A DNA stretch of 64,000 nt. It comes from Eledone cirrhosa (Eukaryota). Position 1 is the first letter of the stretch, and each line of letters begins with the position of its first letter. Under the pieces are notes generated by a model. The model saw only the letters and a list, made by a program, of their open reading frames with translations, did not search any database and was not told the DNA's origin. The stretch covers positions 62,062,001 to 62,126,000 of the forward strand of contig OZ024745.1 in assembly GCA_964016885.1 (NCBI GenBank). Reading direction: 5' to 3'. Below are positions 34,127 to 48,453 of the stretch, one piece after another. The translations under genes were made by a program, and so were the position numbers.

Positions 34127-37100
34127 TATTTGTTTCATTGTTTTAAATAACATTTAAAATAACGAAATGATAAATTATGACTGAGGAGGCCAATAGAGTA
34201 ATTTCTTAATACGTCAATTGAGTGAAAATGTAGGAATCGGTTGTATAGAATCGAAGATATGCCTACTGATAGTGATACAAAATGACGTTGGGCGATTTAG
34301 AAAGATAAAAATGTGTGAACAGTAGAATAATATACTAATAGAAGGAAACGGACAGACCATACACGAGTGAATGAAACTTCAATTATCATGGTGAAATTCC
34401 CATTGCTTCTTTCTCTTTCTCTTAATCTCTAACTAGTTATAAATCATCCACATTCTCTTTGTCTCTATCTCCCTCTTTTACACCACAGTTTTTGTATCGA
34501 TATAGCAATCATTTTTAAGTGTATCTAAATAATTACCATTGTGACCGTGAGCAATTGACAATCTTCGTATGTATTGAGTTTTGAAATACGATATTGGAAT
34601 GAAGATTGTCTGTTTCATTTTATCTCCAAATTCGTTTACTGCATGGTTATGTATTTATGTATGTATATATTTATGCATGGATTTTTGTATATGTTCCTTT
34701 ATATAATGATGCTAGTTGATAATCCTACTGTGTGACAGAAGCAACACATCAACACACGTGCACACGCACACGCGCGCGCACAAACACACGCACACACACA
34801 TATATAAGAACCCTATATATTTATTCATTTATTATGATGGAAAATATTTTAATCGTTCATATCACTGGAATATTTTCTCTGAAGGAGACATCAGTTAAAG
34901 AAGGTGAAACTATGGAATAAGTGAGTGTTCCCAGTCTGTTTAAAATACATTATACATATTTACTCGGCAATAAAAAAAAACAACAGCAACTAAAACTAAA
35001 CAATTATGAGATTGTACGTTATGGTATATATATTTAACATGTAGAGCGTTCCTTTGGGATATGTTTACATATCTTTGTTGTTATACATACTCAGTTACAC
35101 TGTTTTACCTATATATTTATATATACTGAATATATCTATGTCTAGTCGAGTAAGTTACATCAGATTCTCCGATGAGATCGAAGCCGCTCAACACAGATGC
35201 CTCAGTTTGAGTTACAAACAATGATCACTTCTAATTTGAAATTATGTATATTTTCAGAACATTATATTAACTGATATCATAAGATTTTCAAATTACTATA
35301 TTACTTACATGGGGTTCGAACCTTTATTTATTTACCTACAAAAGTTTTCTCAGTGGTATTTACCTTCAATTATAGAGTCAACATTTACAGAAGGCCTAAT
35401 TTAAAAAAGAATATTTCAATTTATATTAGTATGATATTTACATATAACTCATGATGAAGAGAAAAATATGTCACTATATCGTTGAGAGTGTGTGTCACGA
35501 CGACGTCAACGTTGATATTGAAAATGTTTAGATTCTTTCATCCTGTTACAATAAATCAACTATATACACATGGACCCCTATTCAGATGACATGTGAATAG
35601 ATTCCATATCGGGAAAATAGAATTTTGAGAGAGAGGGGATTTGTCCGTATAACCGTTCTAATTATACGAAATATTGTAATAGAAATTACCATTGAACATG
35701 GTTCTCCAGCAAAACAGGAAGTTAATCACTACTAGAGATATAGAAAGACTAAAGTAAACAAGATAAATATATAACCTGTATAAAACCATGTGTACATTTT
35801 ATTTGCTATTTGCAAGTATCTTCTGTTACGCTTTTGAATGTTTAAAGTAGTGGGAAGGTAGGCATTATATAAAAAATAATCGATTTTCGCTTACACAATA
35901 TTTATAATGTTCTATAGAAGGCGTCAATAAAGAACAACTAGAAAACAAAACATAAATTCATTGATTGAAATATTGTTTAATTTTTGTTGCCTTTTAATGC
36001 AGTCTTCGTTGTAGCTGTACAATTGTATTTCATTTATTAGGTGTAGGTTTTGTGCATATTGCTTCATTTGATTTTATGTTTAACAATTCATTACCAACAG
36101 TTATTTTCACCAGAGACAATTTATTAACCATGTATATCGTTTGTTTTTATCCCATTTATTAGTTATATCTAATTGTTAGAAGAAGGGTCTTTATCTCTAC
36201 CAGTTTCTTTACGCATCTATCTTTATATCTATATATGTATCTCTATAATTATATACACCACTCTTTCCTATTCTCTTTTTTTACAGTATCTCACTTCACT
36301 TACTATAATAGGAAAAATGCAAATAAATTATAACTAAAGAAAGAAATGAAATCAAAGAAAGAAGCAACATTCATCAAACTATATTGACATCACCGAAGAC
36401 AACAAATTAAATATTACGTATTATTTCTGAGCTTGCGTTTAGTCACGCAGAGAATGGGATAGGTAGAAAACTGAGGGTAGTTTTGCCTATTGTATTGCTT
36501 CTATCTTTTATATCTTTAGAATGTTTATCATTTCTTACCCGTTCATCCTCTCTTCACAGCCTTTCTAAATGTAAGTAATTAATACATGTTTGTTCATGTT
36601 AGTCAATTTTTTTAATGTTTCCAAATAGCATTCACTACTCTGCAGGTAACCAATCAGCAGCCTATGTCCAAGCTTTCTGAAATAATATATACTTACAATG
36701 TCGCTATTATTCGAGAGACAATAATGAGAAAAGGAAGGTAAAAGGTATATATAGTTTCGAATTGGTATCCTTCCTCCATTAGCATTATAACCATTAATGA
36801 TAATATATTATAGACAAATTAATCGGTTGGAAATGAATTGTCTGTGGTAGAAAAGAGTGGATAAAAGGATTCGTACTGATATCAAACTGAGAAAGTCACT
36901 AACCTTTGATAATCACACCAGATTCTAAGGTTGATGAAGGCATAATGAATATTTTAGATTCCACCCATACATACAAAAACAAAACAAAAGGACACACGTA
37001 CATACACATATAGAGATATGTAAAGAAGGAAAGGCAGGGCTAGTAAGAGAGAAAGAGAGAGATAACCGTGTGCTGGCAAATAGAATTATTTCCTCATAAC

Positions 37101-38405
37101 TAAATAATTTGTGCATTTAATGTTGGTCAGTCCTTCTTTTTGGTAAGACTGAATTAAATAATTCTAATCTCAACGAGAATCCTAAACTGCATGAAACCTT
37201 ATCGTGACATTCATATTATTGCACGAAAACTCAATGCTACAAATATTAGGGGCATTGTGTTTCATTTCTTTCCTAGCAATTTATATGACACCATATACAT
37301 AACTGTTTCGCAAAATCTACCTACTTCTTCAGACCCTGAATATATTTCAAAGGTGAAAGGTGTTGACTTTCTATGAAATCAAGTAGACCATACATTTCAG
37401 AATAGCACAATGCTTTACTGAATAATACAGCTGATATACACGCAAACATCGTTAGACCTACAAAGGAAGTCTATAAATTTAATACGCAAATCCTCCTGCA
37501 CTAACATACAACAACATCAGACCAACAGGTGTGAAGTTGCACTAAACTATATAGTTGCATGGCATCTTCACACAAAACACTTGTTTCCTCTCCTACGTCA
37601 AACATAATTTGCATTTGCTCACATGACAGTTTAACTAGCATTTCTTTATCAGATCATTTCTTTACAGATCTATATAAACCAAATAGTGTATAAGAAGTGG
37701 GTGACTTAGCTGTTGTGTATTTGTTACAAATTTAATTTGGTTAAAACTATTCAGCCTCGAAGATTTTCCCTGTATAATATTGGCTCGTCAATCCAAATCG
37801 TTTAGAAATGCAGAGTTTTAATGGAAATCATGTAAATAGATAAATGTTTTTCACCAGACAGTGAAACATATGCTGCTTCAAACGAATACATAAAATGATG
37901 CCAGGAATTAAATGAAAGTTGTAATATTTCTTGTCATATATCAACTAAAATTGTATTCGCGGAAAATTGCATTCATATCTGTAATTATGCTAGTGGTATT
38001 ACAGGCAGATTTCTGTATACATTGTGTAAGCGTGGGAGTATAACGTTTCAGAGCGACAGCTTAATTGTAACGATCATAATTGCATATCATATTGCTAACC
38101 TTTGGTTCACTACAACCAACCTTCTTTTTATTTTCGATTAAATTACATCAATATATTATTGGGTAACACATGTTCTGGAGTATTTATGGTTGTTTATGTT
38201 CTTTTATAAGTATAATTTGATTATTCAAAATCGCATTCATCCGCAGCCTAACTAAAGAGAGTTCATTATAATAGACAACGTAATACGCAGTTCAGAAAGA
38301 CACCCTTGAAAACATGTAATTGTTTAATCACAAGCCCTGATCTACTCGGAACAGAGTGGAGAACCATCATATATATGTATATATAAACTTACATAAACAC
38401 ACACG

Positions 38406-38460
<55 letters not shown>

Positions 38461-38463
<3 letters not shown>

Positions 38464-38796
38464 GAAAATCAGTCATGTGGAACTATTGTCATCCTGCCTG
38501 ACGGTTTGAACCTTACAGAACCACCTGCCTCTTTGAGGTCAAATACAAACCCTACCAGCATCTACAAACTGACCAATGAGAATCAAGACTGTTCCTGCTG
38601 ACAACATCAAAATATTCCTAACAAGCTCATATGTCCCAAGGCTCTGATACCATCAACACTATACACACAGAGCTGGCATATCTAAGAACTGACTAACTGC
38701 CTGATGAGGTCATAGCCATTCAATGGCTATCATCGAAATATATATAGCAGTAAATAAAGGATTATGAGTTCATGCAATTGACTTATGTTTCGTCAC

Positions 38797-38797
<1 letters not shown>
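38461..38797 (+). mobile_element. Solo pseudo-LTR/retrozyme-like module in (TA)n
   Basis: ~335 bp of unique sequence between TA runs, with a hammerhead followed directly by AATAAA. Confidence 0.6.
38696..38751 (+). ncRNA. Type I hammerhead ribozyme with palindromic stem III
   Basis: actgc-CTGATGA-ggt-c-atagccat-tca-atggctat-c-atc-GAAA-tatata-TA-gcagt. AUA triplet, cleavage predicted after 38746. Confidence 0.8.
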
Positions 38798-38850
<53 letters not shown>

Positions 38851-38989
38851 TATATATGTGTGGATAGTACTGTAAATCTTCAGGGAGGTGTAGGGACTCC
38901 GTATTGACATACGGTGTTTCCTGAGCATTTAAAAATGGTCAAACCCATACTACTCTATGTATAAATACAGTTGATTTCTGCCAGAGAAG

Positions 38990-39750
38990 GATAGGGATTG
39001 GCAGAAAAAAAGTGAAAAAGAGACACAGAGGAAAAATCAGTCCTAGTACTTGATGGTACATTTTTATCGACCTCTGATGGATGAACTCGGCGAGATTTGA
39101 ACTCAGATAGCATAGAGCCGAAACGAATACGGCAAAGCATTCTATTTGACTGTCGAACGACTTCGTCTTGTCGCCGCCTACAGGTTCAATAAGTGTCAGT
39201 GATGAAATATTAATACATTTTTGAAACAACACTGTCGGACACAACATTTTACAATATATATACAGTCAAGGCGTAGATAATTGTTTCTACGTTAGGCACA
39301 AGGCCAGCAATTATCTAGTGCATTACTGGTACTTTATATTATTGACCCCGTAAGGATGAAAGGCAAAGTTAACCTTGGCGGGATCTGAACTCAGAATGGC
39401 AAGGGCCGTAACTCTATGCGTCAAAGCATGGCGTCCGACCCTCTACCGATACTACCAATCCACCGCCCTAGATAATGATAATTGTTTCTACTTTTGGCAC
39501 AAGGCCAGCAATGATCCCATTTCATTACTGGTACTTTATTTTATCGACCCCGTAAGGAGGAAAGGCAAAGTTAACCTCGGCGGAATTTGAACTCAGACCA
39601 TAAAGGGGCGTAACTCTATGCTGCCAATCCCCCTAGATAATGATAATGAATTCTGATTTGGCACAAGTCCAGCAACTTGTTTTGGGGGAAAATCGATTAA
39701 ATCTAACCCAGTGCATGACTGGTACTTTATTTATCGACCGCGTAACGTAA
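38990..39750 (-). mobile_element. Cluster of four (ATT)-tailed SINE copies (approx. 38990-39179, 39281-39469, 39483-39635, 39649-39750)
   Basis: Repeated ggcacaaggccagcaa...tactggtactttat...atcgaccccgtaagg...atttgaactcag, with the later copies joined by gataat(gataat) spacers. Confidence 0.85.
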
Positions 39751-41973
39751 AGGCTGTAACTAGAGCTAAACTAAGCAGCTCACGAAGATACCGATTAGTT
39801 TATATAAAAAAACACACAAGTTCAGTACAAAAGGCTGACTAACTGTGAACATAGAATAAACTTACAGGAACGATGTGAACCACGTCTAGAATGAGTCAAC
39901 AACAAAGATAATAATAACAACAACAACAACAAAAATAATGATAATCACAATCCTGTACAATTGGCATGTAGGTGTAGATAGAGAACTAATTAAAATAGGA
40001 AGAAATCCCAATTTTCTAAATGAAACTTAATGGCATAAATCAGTAACGACTCATAGTAATCTTAGTGTCAAACGTCTATACACATGCAACAGCCCATACA
40101 CTCATATAGTCATTCACAACGGCACAAATATGTATCTACATACACACAACCACACGTATGCATATCTCTACACATATGCTCTATTAGAAGTCTCAGAAAT
40201 ACCCATTCATTCACACAAATAATCATTGCAAAATAAGGGATAATAGTAACAGACGCTCATACACCTACACAAACGTCTACATATACGCGTTAATTATATA
40301 TGTAGCATTTAACGAAGCAGCTGGTTGTAATTGAAAAAAAAAAAAGAAGATAAAGGAATGAACGCATCAAATTATAATATATGGGGTAATAATAGGTGCA
40401 GCAGAAGATGAAGTAACAACAGTAATACCGACTATACTATTTTCTGGTTTAGCATATAATATATTAGCAATTGGCAACCGCATTTCGATGTAGGAGAATT
40501 AGTTGAGTGCATCGACACCAGTAACATTTCACGTAACTAATTTATCGACAGATGTGATGTGAACGCATAACTGATGCTGGGTGAAAATAAATTGTACTTC
40601 GGCATTTAATCTATACTAAAATGCCGGTGGATTAGCAGAATAATTTGGGTGTTGAATAAAAGCAATGTGAAATTTGAGTCAGCTATTTTGCTTCTGAGTT
40701 CAAATTTCATCGAGGTAAACGTTGCAATTAAGCCTTTTATTTTTGATAGAATAAGGTATAAGTTACGTATTGTGGTCGATATAATCAACTAAACTCTCTC
40801 CACGAAAATCTGTAATTCAAATGCTGAAATTCAAATGCTGTTGATCTAGATGAGATTTGAAACATAAGTGTACAAATGCGATATTTTAATCATGGTAAAA
40901 CACTTATCCTGATATTAAAGGTGTGTGTCACCCCGGTGTTTAATAATGTTTGAAATATTATGAATTATGAAATGGAATGAAAGTGAAGAGAAAATAGCAG
41001 CCTGGATTGTAGAGGGTATAATGAGAGAAAGAACACAGGTAATAGATTCAGTATGAGAAGAGTAAGAGGGAGAGGAACCCGGATAGACTCTAACCCCGAT
41101 AAACAACATCCTTTCACAAATAAGAATTTAATTTGAGACACAAATTTAAACAACAGTAAATTGAACATTTGGCATAACAAGCAGTTATATTGAATATTTA
41201 GTATTCAGTAATGACACAAAATATGACAAAACCTTTTGTAATTAGACAAAGAAATAGAAGGAACATATGTCATTAAAGAACAAAACTCTTGGGAAATATG
41301 TTGTATGCTTCGAGACATTCAACAGAATTATATTTCGTCTGCATTCATTTTCCTTTTCTCGTTTACTTCCGTCAAGTTTCTTTTCTCCAAATCTCTTCCA
41401 GATGATTTAATCAGAATTTAATAATAATATTTAAAACATTATTCCACACCCGAGAATATAATTAAATAAATAAAACAACGGTGTAACCATCATAGTTTTA
41501 TATTTATTTTCTTTCATTTTATTAAACAGATAACGGTTGACAAAGTTCCATGCACACATACTCTACAGAGCGCTATGTACGTACATCTACACTAATGTGC
41601 ACAGGCCAGGTGTGATATAATAAGAATTAGATACAGCATTTTTATATGGTATTTCATATTTCCTACATAAAGACTTCAAATAATTGTATATGAGTAATAT
41701 ATACCGCAATTTTGATGAAGATCACACGTAAATATATGTATAGTGCCACAAATATGGAAAGCACACACAAATGTAAGTTTTCAGGTCTCCATGTATATAT
41801 ATATATATTGGTGTGTAATTCATTAGGGAAATCACAAGTCTGAAGAGCTAACGATGAATGGTCACGAGTGAATGGTCACCCAGAACCCTTTATTTGCTGA
41901 TCTGAAGTCGTATTCCAAAATACTCACAAAACACCTTTAGTGTCTCTGCTGCGATCTTTCGCACCTGCTATCA

Positions 41974-42050
<77 letters not shown>

Positions 42051-42379
42051 TTGTGTGTGTGTGCGCGCGTGTGTGCGTGCGTGCGTGTTTGTCTGTGTGC
42101 GTGTCTGTATGTGAGAGAGAGAGAGAGAGAGAGAGAAGAGAAACATAACCCGATGTGACTACGACTAAAACAAAGAAATTCCATTCTCTTGAAGTTAATT
42201 CTCGCATATTAATAAATATGATTTCTTCAATTGGTATAATATTAATTGTTTCTGTTTAGGTTTGCACTGCTTAAAATATATCATGGGAGAAGTGAACGAA
42301 TAATGCAATCACACAGATCACAACAAACACAACGTTTATCTCAGAACACTAACAATTGTTTCTTTGGGTAGATCCTTCT

Positions 42380-42720
42380 TATAAACGGTGTTCTTCAGGG
42401 ACTCCCTCATACCATAGATGGTACTGAGAATAATTGTATCTCTTTACCAGCCAATGTGTTCATGGTTCGGTATACCAATTTCCGTTACATCTGGAGGCTT
42501 CGGGATCATCTGAGCCACTACGGGCACTTATAAATGAGCATTGTGGACAGAGAAGCTTCTGATCGCTCAAGGGGTCACAAACGTCCACTTTTTCGTGTGA
42601 ATTTACACTTATTGCTATACATTGTTATATACAAAACGACGTTCTGGCGTCATCAGTTAATTGGTTTGCGAGCCAATTGTTGGCCCTGGATACCCACAAA
42701 GACCAAATCAAACATCCCAA
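42380..42720 (+). pseudogene. Degenerate RTE/RTEX-like LINE remnant
   Basis: ggtgttcttcaggga (GVLQG) and downstream text loosely following RLR..GH...EASD...G.R...LTY. Heavily decayed. Confidence 0.3.
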
Positions 42721-44223
42721 CCTTTGAGCCATCGAAAAAATACCAACACGATCATTATCCCATTTCATATGCCCATGACCTTGAACTCTGTTACAAATTT
42801 TTATATATTTTGAATTTTACTATAATAAACATTTATTGTCAGAACTGTATCAATAAGATTCAAATTTTGTTTAATTTCTGCCTTGAACTGCGTCAGAATT
42901 TTTTCATCGCTGACTTTGAAATGTTTAATGTCAATGCTGTAATTGGGAACGAAACTACCAATTTGTTCGGAGAAACTTACCGATATTTCTTTTTACATAT
43001 GGTTTATAAAAAAACTGCTCAAGAAATTTTCCTTATCAAGAAATAAGATTGACATTAACATTGTCTTTATGAAAATAAAATGAATTTTACATTACTATAA
43101 AACTTCTCATCGACATTAACTCGGTGTGTAGAAATAATTATATTTTATCCTGGTATATCTGGTTGTGTTGACTCTCAATAAATGCTGCAGTCAACAATTA
43201 CTGTAATCCTTATGTTTTCTTATTAATTTAATCTTTGTATAACTATACAGTAACATTCCTTTGTGCTTCCGAGGGTATTTTTCATGTCTTTCTCATAAAC
43301 AGAATTGTTTTCTCTAACATAATTTCGCACACTAGTTCGGCAACATTACACTTTTATTTTATGAGTCTAAACATTAGAAATAAATGTTACTATTTTCCGA
43401 GATGTTTGTATGTTTGTAAATTTGAAAACGTTGAAATCCAAACACGGTGACGCTACAATGATAATAACATTAGGAAATTAAGTAAAATACACCTAAGGGA
43501 CAGAAAATGAGAAGCCGCTACAGGGAATCGAATTCTGTATCTCTTGAATTCTGGCCACATGCATTAACCACTACGGAAAATGGCAAGTTAGGAAGTATAT
43601 ATAATAACTTTTGTGGCTAGATTCGGAAGTAAACAAATCCCACGATTTATCGAGGCATGTGTGTGATTTGAAATGTGTTTGTTTCCTAATTTGAACAACG
43701 AGTATTGTCATCTTCCATTTGGAGAAGTAGTTAACTATTTCCTATCGCATTCATTCATGCGAGCGACTATAATTTCACCCACTAAAAGGCTGCGTACATC
43801 TCAAATACAGATGAATGTAGATACATAATATTTTTCTTATATATGATTTTATATAGGAGGCCTTTTTGACGTCTCTTTCTTTATCTCCACCAGGGTTTAT
43901 GTTTCAACGCCGATTATTTCTTCTGTTTCACCTCCTCATTTTTGCAGCTAACTTCAATGTTCATAATTCTACGCTAATCCAATGATCCGAGTACGTAATT
44001 CCTGCATACTGTTTGTTATCAGCTTTAAATTACAAACATGACCGTCTTAATACAACATTGTATTTTAGTATGAATCTTGAATATGACAAAGGAATGTACA
44101 CAAATTATGAATCTTAGGTCTTATACAATACAAACAACCAAGTGATAGATAAAGATAAAAACATTAGTTTACAAAACACCACAGCAAATATTTTCCGGTG
44201 GTCTAAAGATTATTAATAATAAT

Positions 44224-44693
44224 TGTTTCTACTTTTGGCACACGGCCATCAATTACCCAGTACATTACTGGTATTTTATTTTATCGACTCCGGCGGGATT
44301 TGAACTCAGACCGCAAAGGGACGTAACTATGCTGGAAAGCATGGCGTCCGACTCTCTACCGATACTGCTAATCCAAAATAATAATGGTTTCACATGTAAG
44401 TAGAAAACCGACAATTTTCGGTGTAGGAAAAATCATGACGGCAGGATTTGAATTCGGAATGTCAAAAGCCACAAAGCTTTTTGTCAAAGTCCTAACGATT
44501 CCGTCAATCCTTCACATCAATATTAAGGATAATAGTTTTTGATTTAGACACAAGGCCAACAGGTTTGGGGAGGAGAAAATCAATTAAATCGTCCCAGTGT
44601 GTTACTGGCACTTTATTCTGTCGACCCTGTAATGCTACCCTCGATGGAGCGAAGCAGGGTGTCCAAAGGTCCAACGATACTGCTAATCCACCA

Positions 44694-44694
<1 letters not shown>
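44224..44694 (-). mobile_element. Three tandem (ATT)-tailed SINE copies of differing age
   Basis: Same diagnostic segments as the other copies, joined by AAT-like spacers and followed by (ACT)n(AAT)8. Confidence 0.8.
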
Positions 44695-44740
<46 letters not shown>

Positions 44741-45013
44741 ATAATAATAATAATAATAATAATGATTTCTTTATTAACCACAAGGGTTTACATAAAGTAG
44801 ACATTAAGGACAGTGCAGGACAATACAGGACGGTACAAATGGGCATTTCTGAGTGTAAAAAACAAAAACAGAGGATGTAACAAAAAATAACAATGAAAAA
44901 TTCCCCAATAGGGGGGAGACTTCGGAGGGACATTTGTGGAGAAAGCCCAGTAAAAGGCCACAATGACCCTGACCACCAAGGCAAGTGTCCTCTCCCAGTT
45001 TTCCACCTTTAAT

Positions 45014-48000
45014 TTACAGATATATACTCAGAGTAGGCCCATTCACTCGGGCCATTCTTGCTTCTCTCACCCATCTTTCAACAAAATGCTGGGAAGAGAG
45101 CACTTCCCTCTCTACTCTGATTTTCCTTTTCAAATGAAATTTGAAAAAGTCAATCAGAGCATCACCGAAGAGGTAAGTGCTCGTCTTCAGCCCTTTCAAA
45201 CGTGTCCACCATACTATCTCTTTCGCCATGGCCACCAGACAGATAAAAACTGCCTGCCCTTCCCGGCTAAAGGAGGAGGGTGGGGCAATCCTCACGATGG
45301 ACTCAGATGATAGCCGGATCCGTCCTAAATGCGACAGCAGGTGTTTGACATAAACCCACAAGTCAGCAATTTTCGGACACTGGACGAGTGCGTGCAGGAC
45401 GGTTTCGTCGCCCTGCGCGCATCTCGGACATGCCCGGCTGACGGCACCTCCATGCCTGTAGAGTTTATCCCGAACTGGCAAGGCTCCTCGGTAGCACTGC
45501 CAGGCCAGAGATTTCTGGAAGTTTTCCATAGGCCCTGGCCCGAAAGTTCTTCGCAAGAGATTGGCTAGTTCATTTTCGTCGACGCCTAGAGTTTCCCCAA
45601 GTACGTCGTCGCTCTTCCCCTCCACTAATGCTCTATAGAACGCCGAGGTGGAGTTTCCACCGATCACATTGCCCGATTGGTCGAGGGCTGTGAGCGCCTG
45701 AAGACATTCCAGTCTCCAGGCGCTCCCTCTCGGTCTTCGCTTGACCCAGGACTGCAGCTCCGTCAAGGAAACGAGCTGGTGAAATACGTGTCTAGCAAAC
45801 GGCGACCACACCTGATCACAGTCGAGGAAGAGGTGGAGATGTCGTAGCCTGAGCGCGTGCCTGCGCATCATCAGCCACGGCATGCCCAGCCCTCCACGTA
45901 GCGGGTGTTGACAGCAGATGGACCGCCTGACCATAGGAGCGCGTCCCTTCCACAAAAAGCGAAAGAGCAAACGCTCCAGCGCAGTCAGGCGAGGTTTAGG
46001 ACAAGGTACGACGGTCAGGCGGTAGCAGATGACAGACGCGATGTACGCGTTAGCCACCTCCGATCGACCTTTCAGGGATAGCTTCCTCTCCGCCCAATCC
46101 TGGGTGAGAGAAGCCACCCTTCTCGTCACCTCGTCCCAGTTTTTGTCCGTCTGGAGGTCCGGACCGAACCAGACCCCTAGCAATTTATCGGGTCCGTCCG
46201 TCCAGCGTCCGACGACGCTGTTGGACGGCATGGACCTGCCTCTCCAGGTGCCGAGCTGCAGGCCCACTGACTTTTCCTGGTTGATCATTGCTCCTGTCAC
46301 CGCTTCGTATTCTCTTAGTGTAGTGCCGATCGCCTCGATGTGTATGGCGTTCGACACCACTACGGTGACACCGTCCGCATATGCTGACACGGATCTTCCG
46401 CATCCTAGTTCGCGCGGGACGCCCCTCAACGTCTCTAGTTTGTGCAGTAATGGATCGAGAGTCAATACGTACAAGAAGGACGAGAGGGGACATCCTTGGC
46501 GGACCGAGCGCATGATGTTGAACGGTTCCGACAAGTGACCGTTCACTCTCACCACAGAGCAGATATCGCTGTGCATGGCAGCGATCCAGCCTCTGAAGAC
46601 GGGCCCAAAGCCAGCCGCCCTCAGGACTGCCGCTAGGTAACGATGGTCGACCCTATCGAAAGCTTTCGACTGATCTAAATTGATCAAGGACCCACCCGTG
46701 CCAGGTTCCCTAGTTACCCTCTCTACGATGTATCGCATGAGGTGGAGGTTGTCGTGGATGGATCTGTCGGGAATGGCGCATGTCTGCGCCTCTCCCACCA
46801 GACCACCAACGACAAGCGCCAACCTCTTTGCTAGCACCTTGGCCAAAATCTTGAACTCTGTGTTTAGCAGAGTTATGGGCCGGAAATTATCTATGTTATC
46901 CCCCTTGTTCGGATCCTTTCTCAGCAGTGCCACCGCTCCTCGGCTCACAGAACTGAGAATTCTCCCGTTATGTTGCCAGTTGCAGTAGACGTCCGCCAAA
47001 AGGCCTCCGAACAAGTCTGGCATCTGTACGTAAAGTTCATAGGGCAGACCATCCAAACCAGGCGATTTACCCCTTGCGCAGCCAGTCATTGCCCCCCTTA
47101 CTTCAGCGGCTGTTATCGGCTTTTAGCAACACTTCACCTCAGTGGCCGAGAGCCGCGGCAGTCCGTCGAGGTAGACACTAAAGTCCATCCCTCGACCCGG
47201 CCGACCGCTGCACCCGAACAGCTGAGTGAAGTGTCGCTGAAAAGCTTCACACATTTGCCCGGGATCGAGTAGCATGCGCCCGTCGTGGTCCACCAAAGAC
47301 CGGATCGTGGCTTTGTTGCCACGACGCGCCTCCGCCACTCGGGCCCATTGAACGGCTTTTGTCCCCTCGTGTCTGAGAGCACGCACCCTTGCTCTGACAA
47401 CGCAGCCTTCGTGCTTTGCATTGAAGAATTGGTCAAGGGCCAATTTCGCCGCAAATACGTCGGTCGCAATAACTTTGCTAAGCGCCTCGTCTAATTTTCT
47501 AACTAGTTCTCCCTCTGCTCTATTTTTCTCTATTGCTAAAGCCTTACTAAACCTAATGGATTCTATTCTAATCGCTCTTTTCAGAGCAAACCACCACTTG
47601 TTGTTGACGATGGCCCCCGTCAACGCCCGCTTAACTAGTTCACTAATCCAGTCTCTGTAGGCCTTGCGCGCTGGTAAGGACGCGTTTAGCTTCCAGTAGC
47701 CGGGTCCTCGTCTATGAAGCACACAGATTACGAATTTGTGGTCCGTGTAACTGACTATCTTGAATTGTGGACAGCCTATGCTTGACCTATCTATTTCCCT
47801 ACAAAATACTCTATCTAGATATGATCTGGATGACCCTATGCGATTTGTCCAAGTCCACATTGGCACATTCGGGAAATCCAATCGGTACCTGTCAGACAGT
47901 TCAAAACGCCTGAGCAGGTTGGTGAGGCTCTTGCACCCTCCACCCCTATCCGTTAATCCCACGCAGTCCCAGCGTGCATCTAAGATCCCGTTCCAGTCGC

Positions 48001-48418
48001 CCACTAACACTAAAGAGCGGGACATTCCAAGAAAGGTCTCCAGACGCCGGAAGAAATCAGGCCGCCCTGCTCCTGTCGGGGCATAGACGGCCACTAGCCT
48101 GAAAGCTTGCCCGTCTCCGCTGGTCACGTCCAGCACCACCAGCTTACCCTCTGGGTCCAGGAAGATGGCCCGTCTGGCGAGATCCAAACCTCTCCGAAAA
48201 AGCACAGCCACTCCTCCCCCCGATCCAGGACGGCTGGGAGATGCGTACACATCGTAGCCGCCGAAGATCGGTGCGAAGGCCCGTGCTTCGGAGATTCTGG
48301 TCTCGCTGATGGCCACTACATCTATGTTTAGTGACCTGAGGTCGTTGAGCAGGTGGCCCTGCTTCCATGACGGCCCCAAGCCCCGCGCATTTATGCTGCC
48401 TATTCTGAGTGAGGTCAT
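45014..48418 (-). pseudogene. Tx1 ORF2 of E, split into 431-aa and 691-aa pieces; YADD changed to YADG
   Basis: ORF track compared with element A. Confidence 0.9.
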
Positions 48419-48453
48419 GTTTAAAATAGAGTGGAAAAGATGGGAAAGACCAC

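Noticed and set aside
42534-43046. 170-aa ORF as a host exon
   Set aside because: No recognisable domain, AT-rich composition, and it overlaps a decayed LINE remnant.
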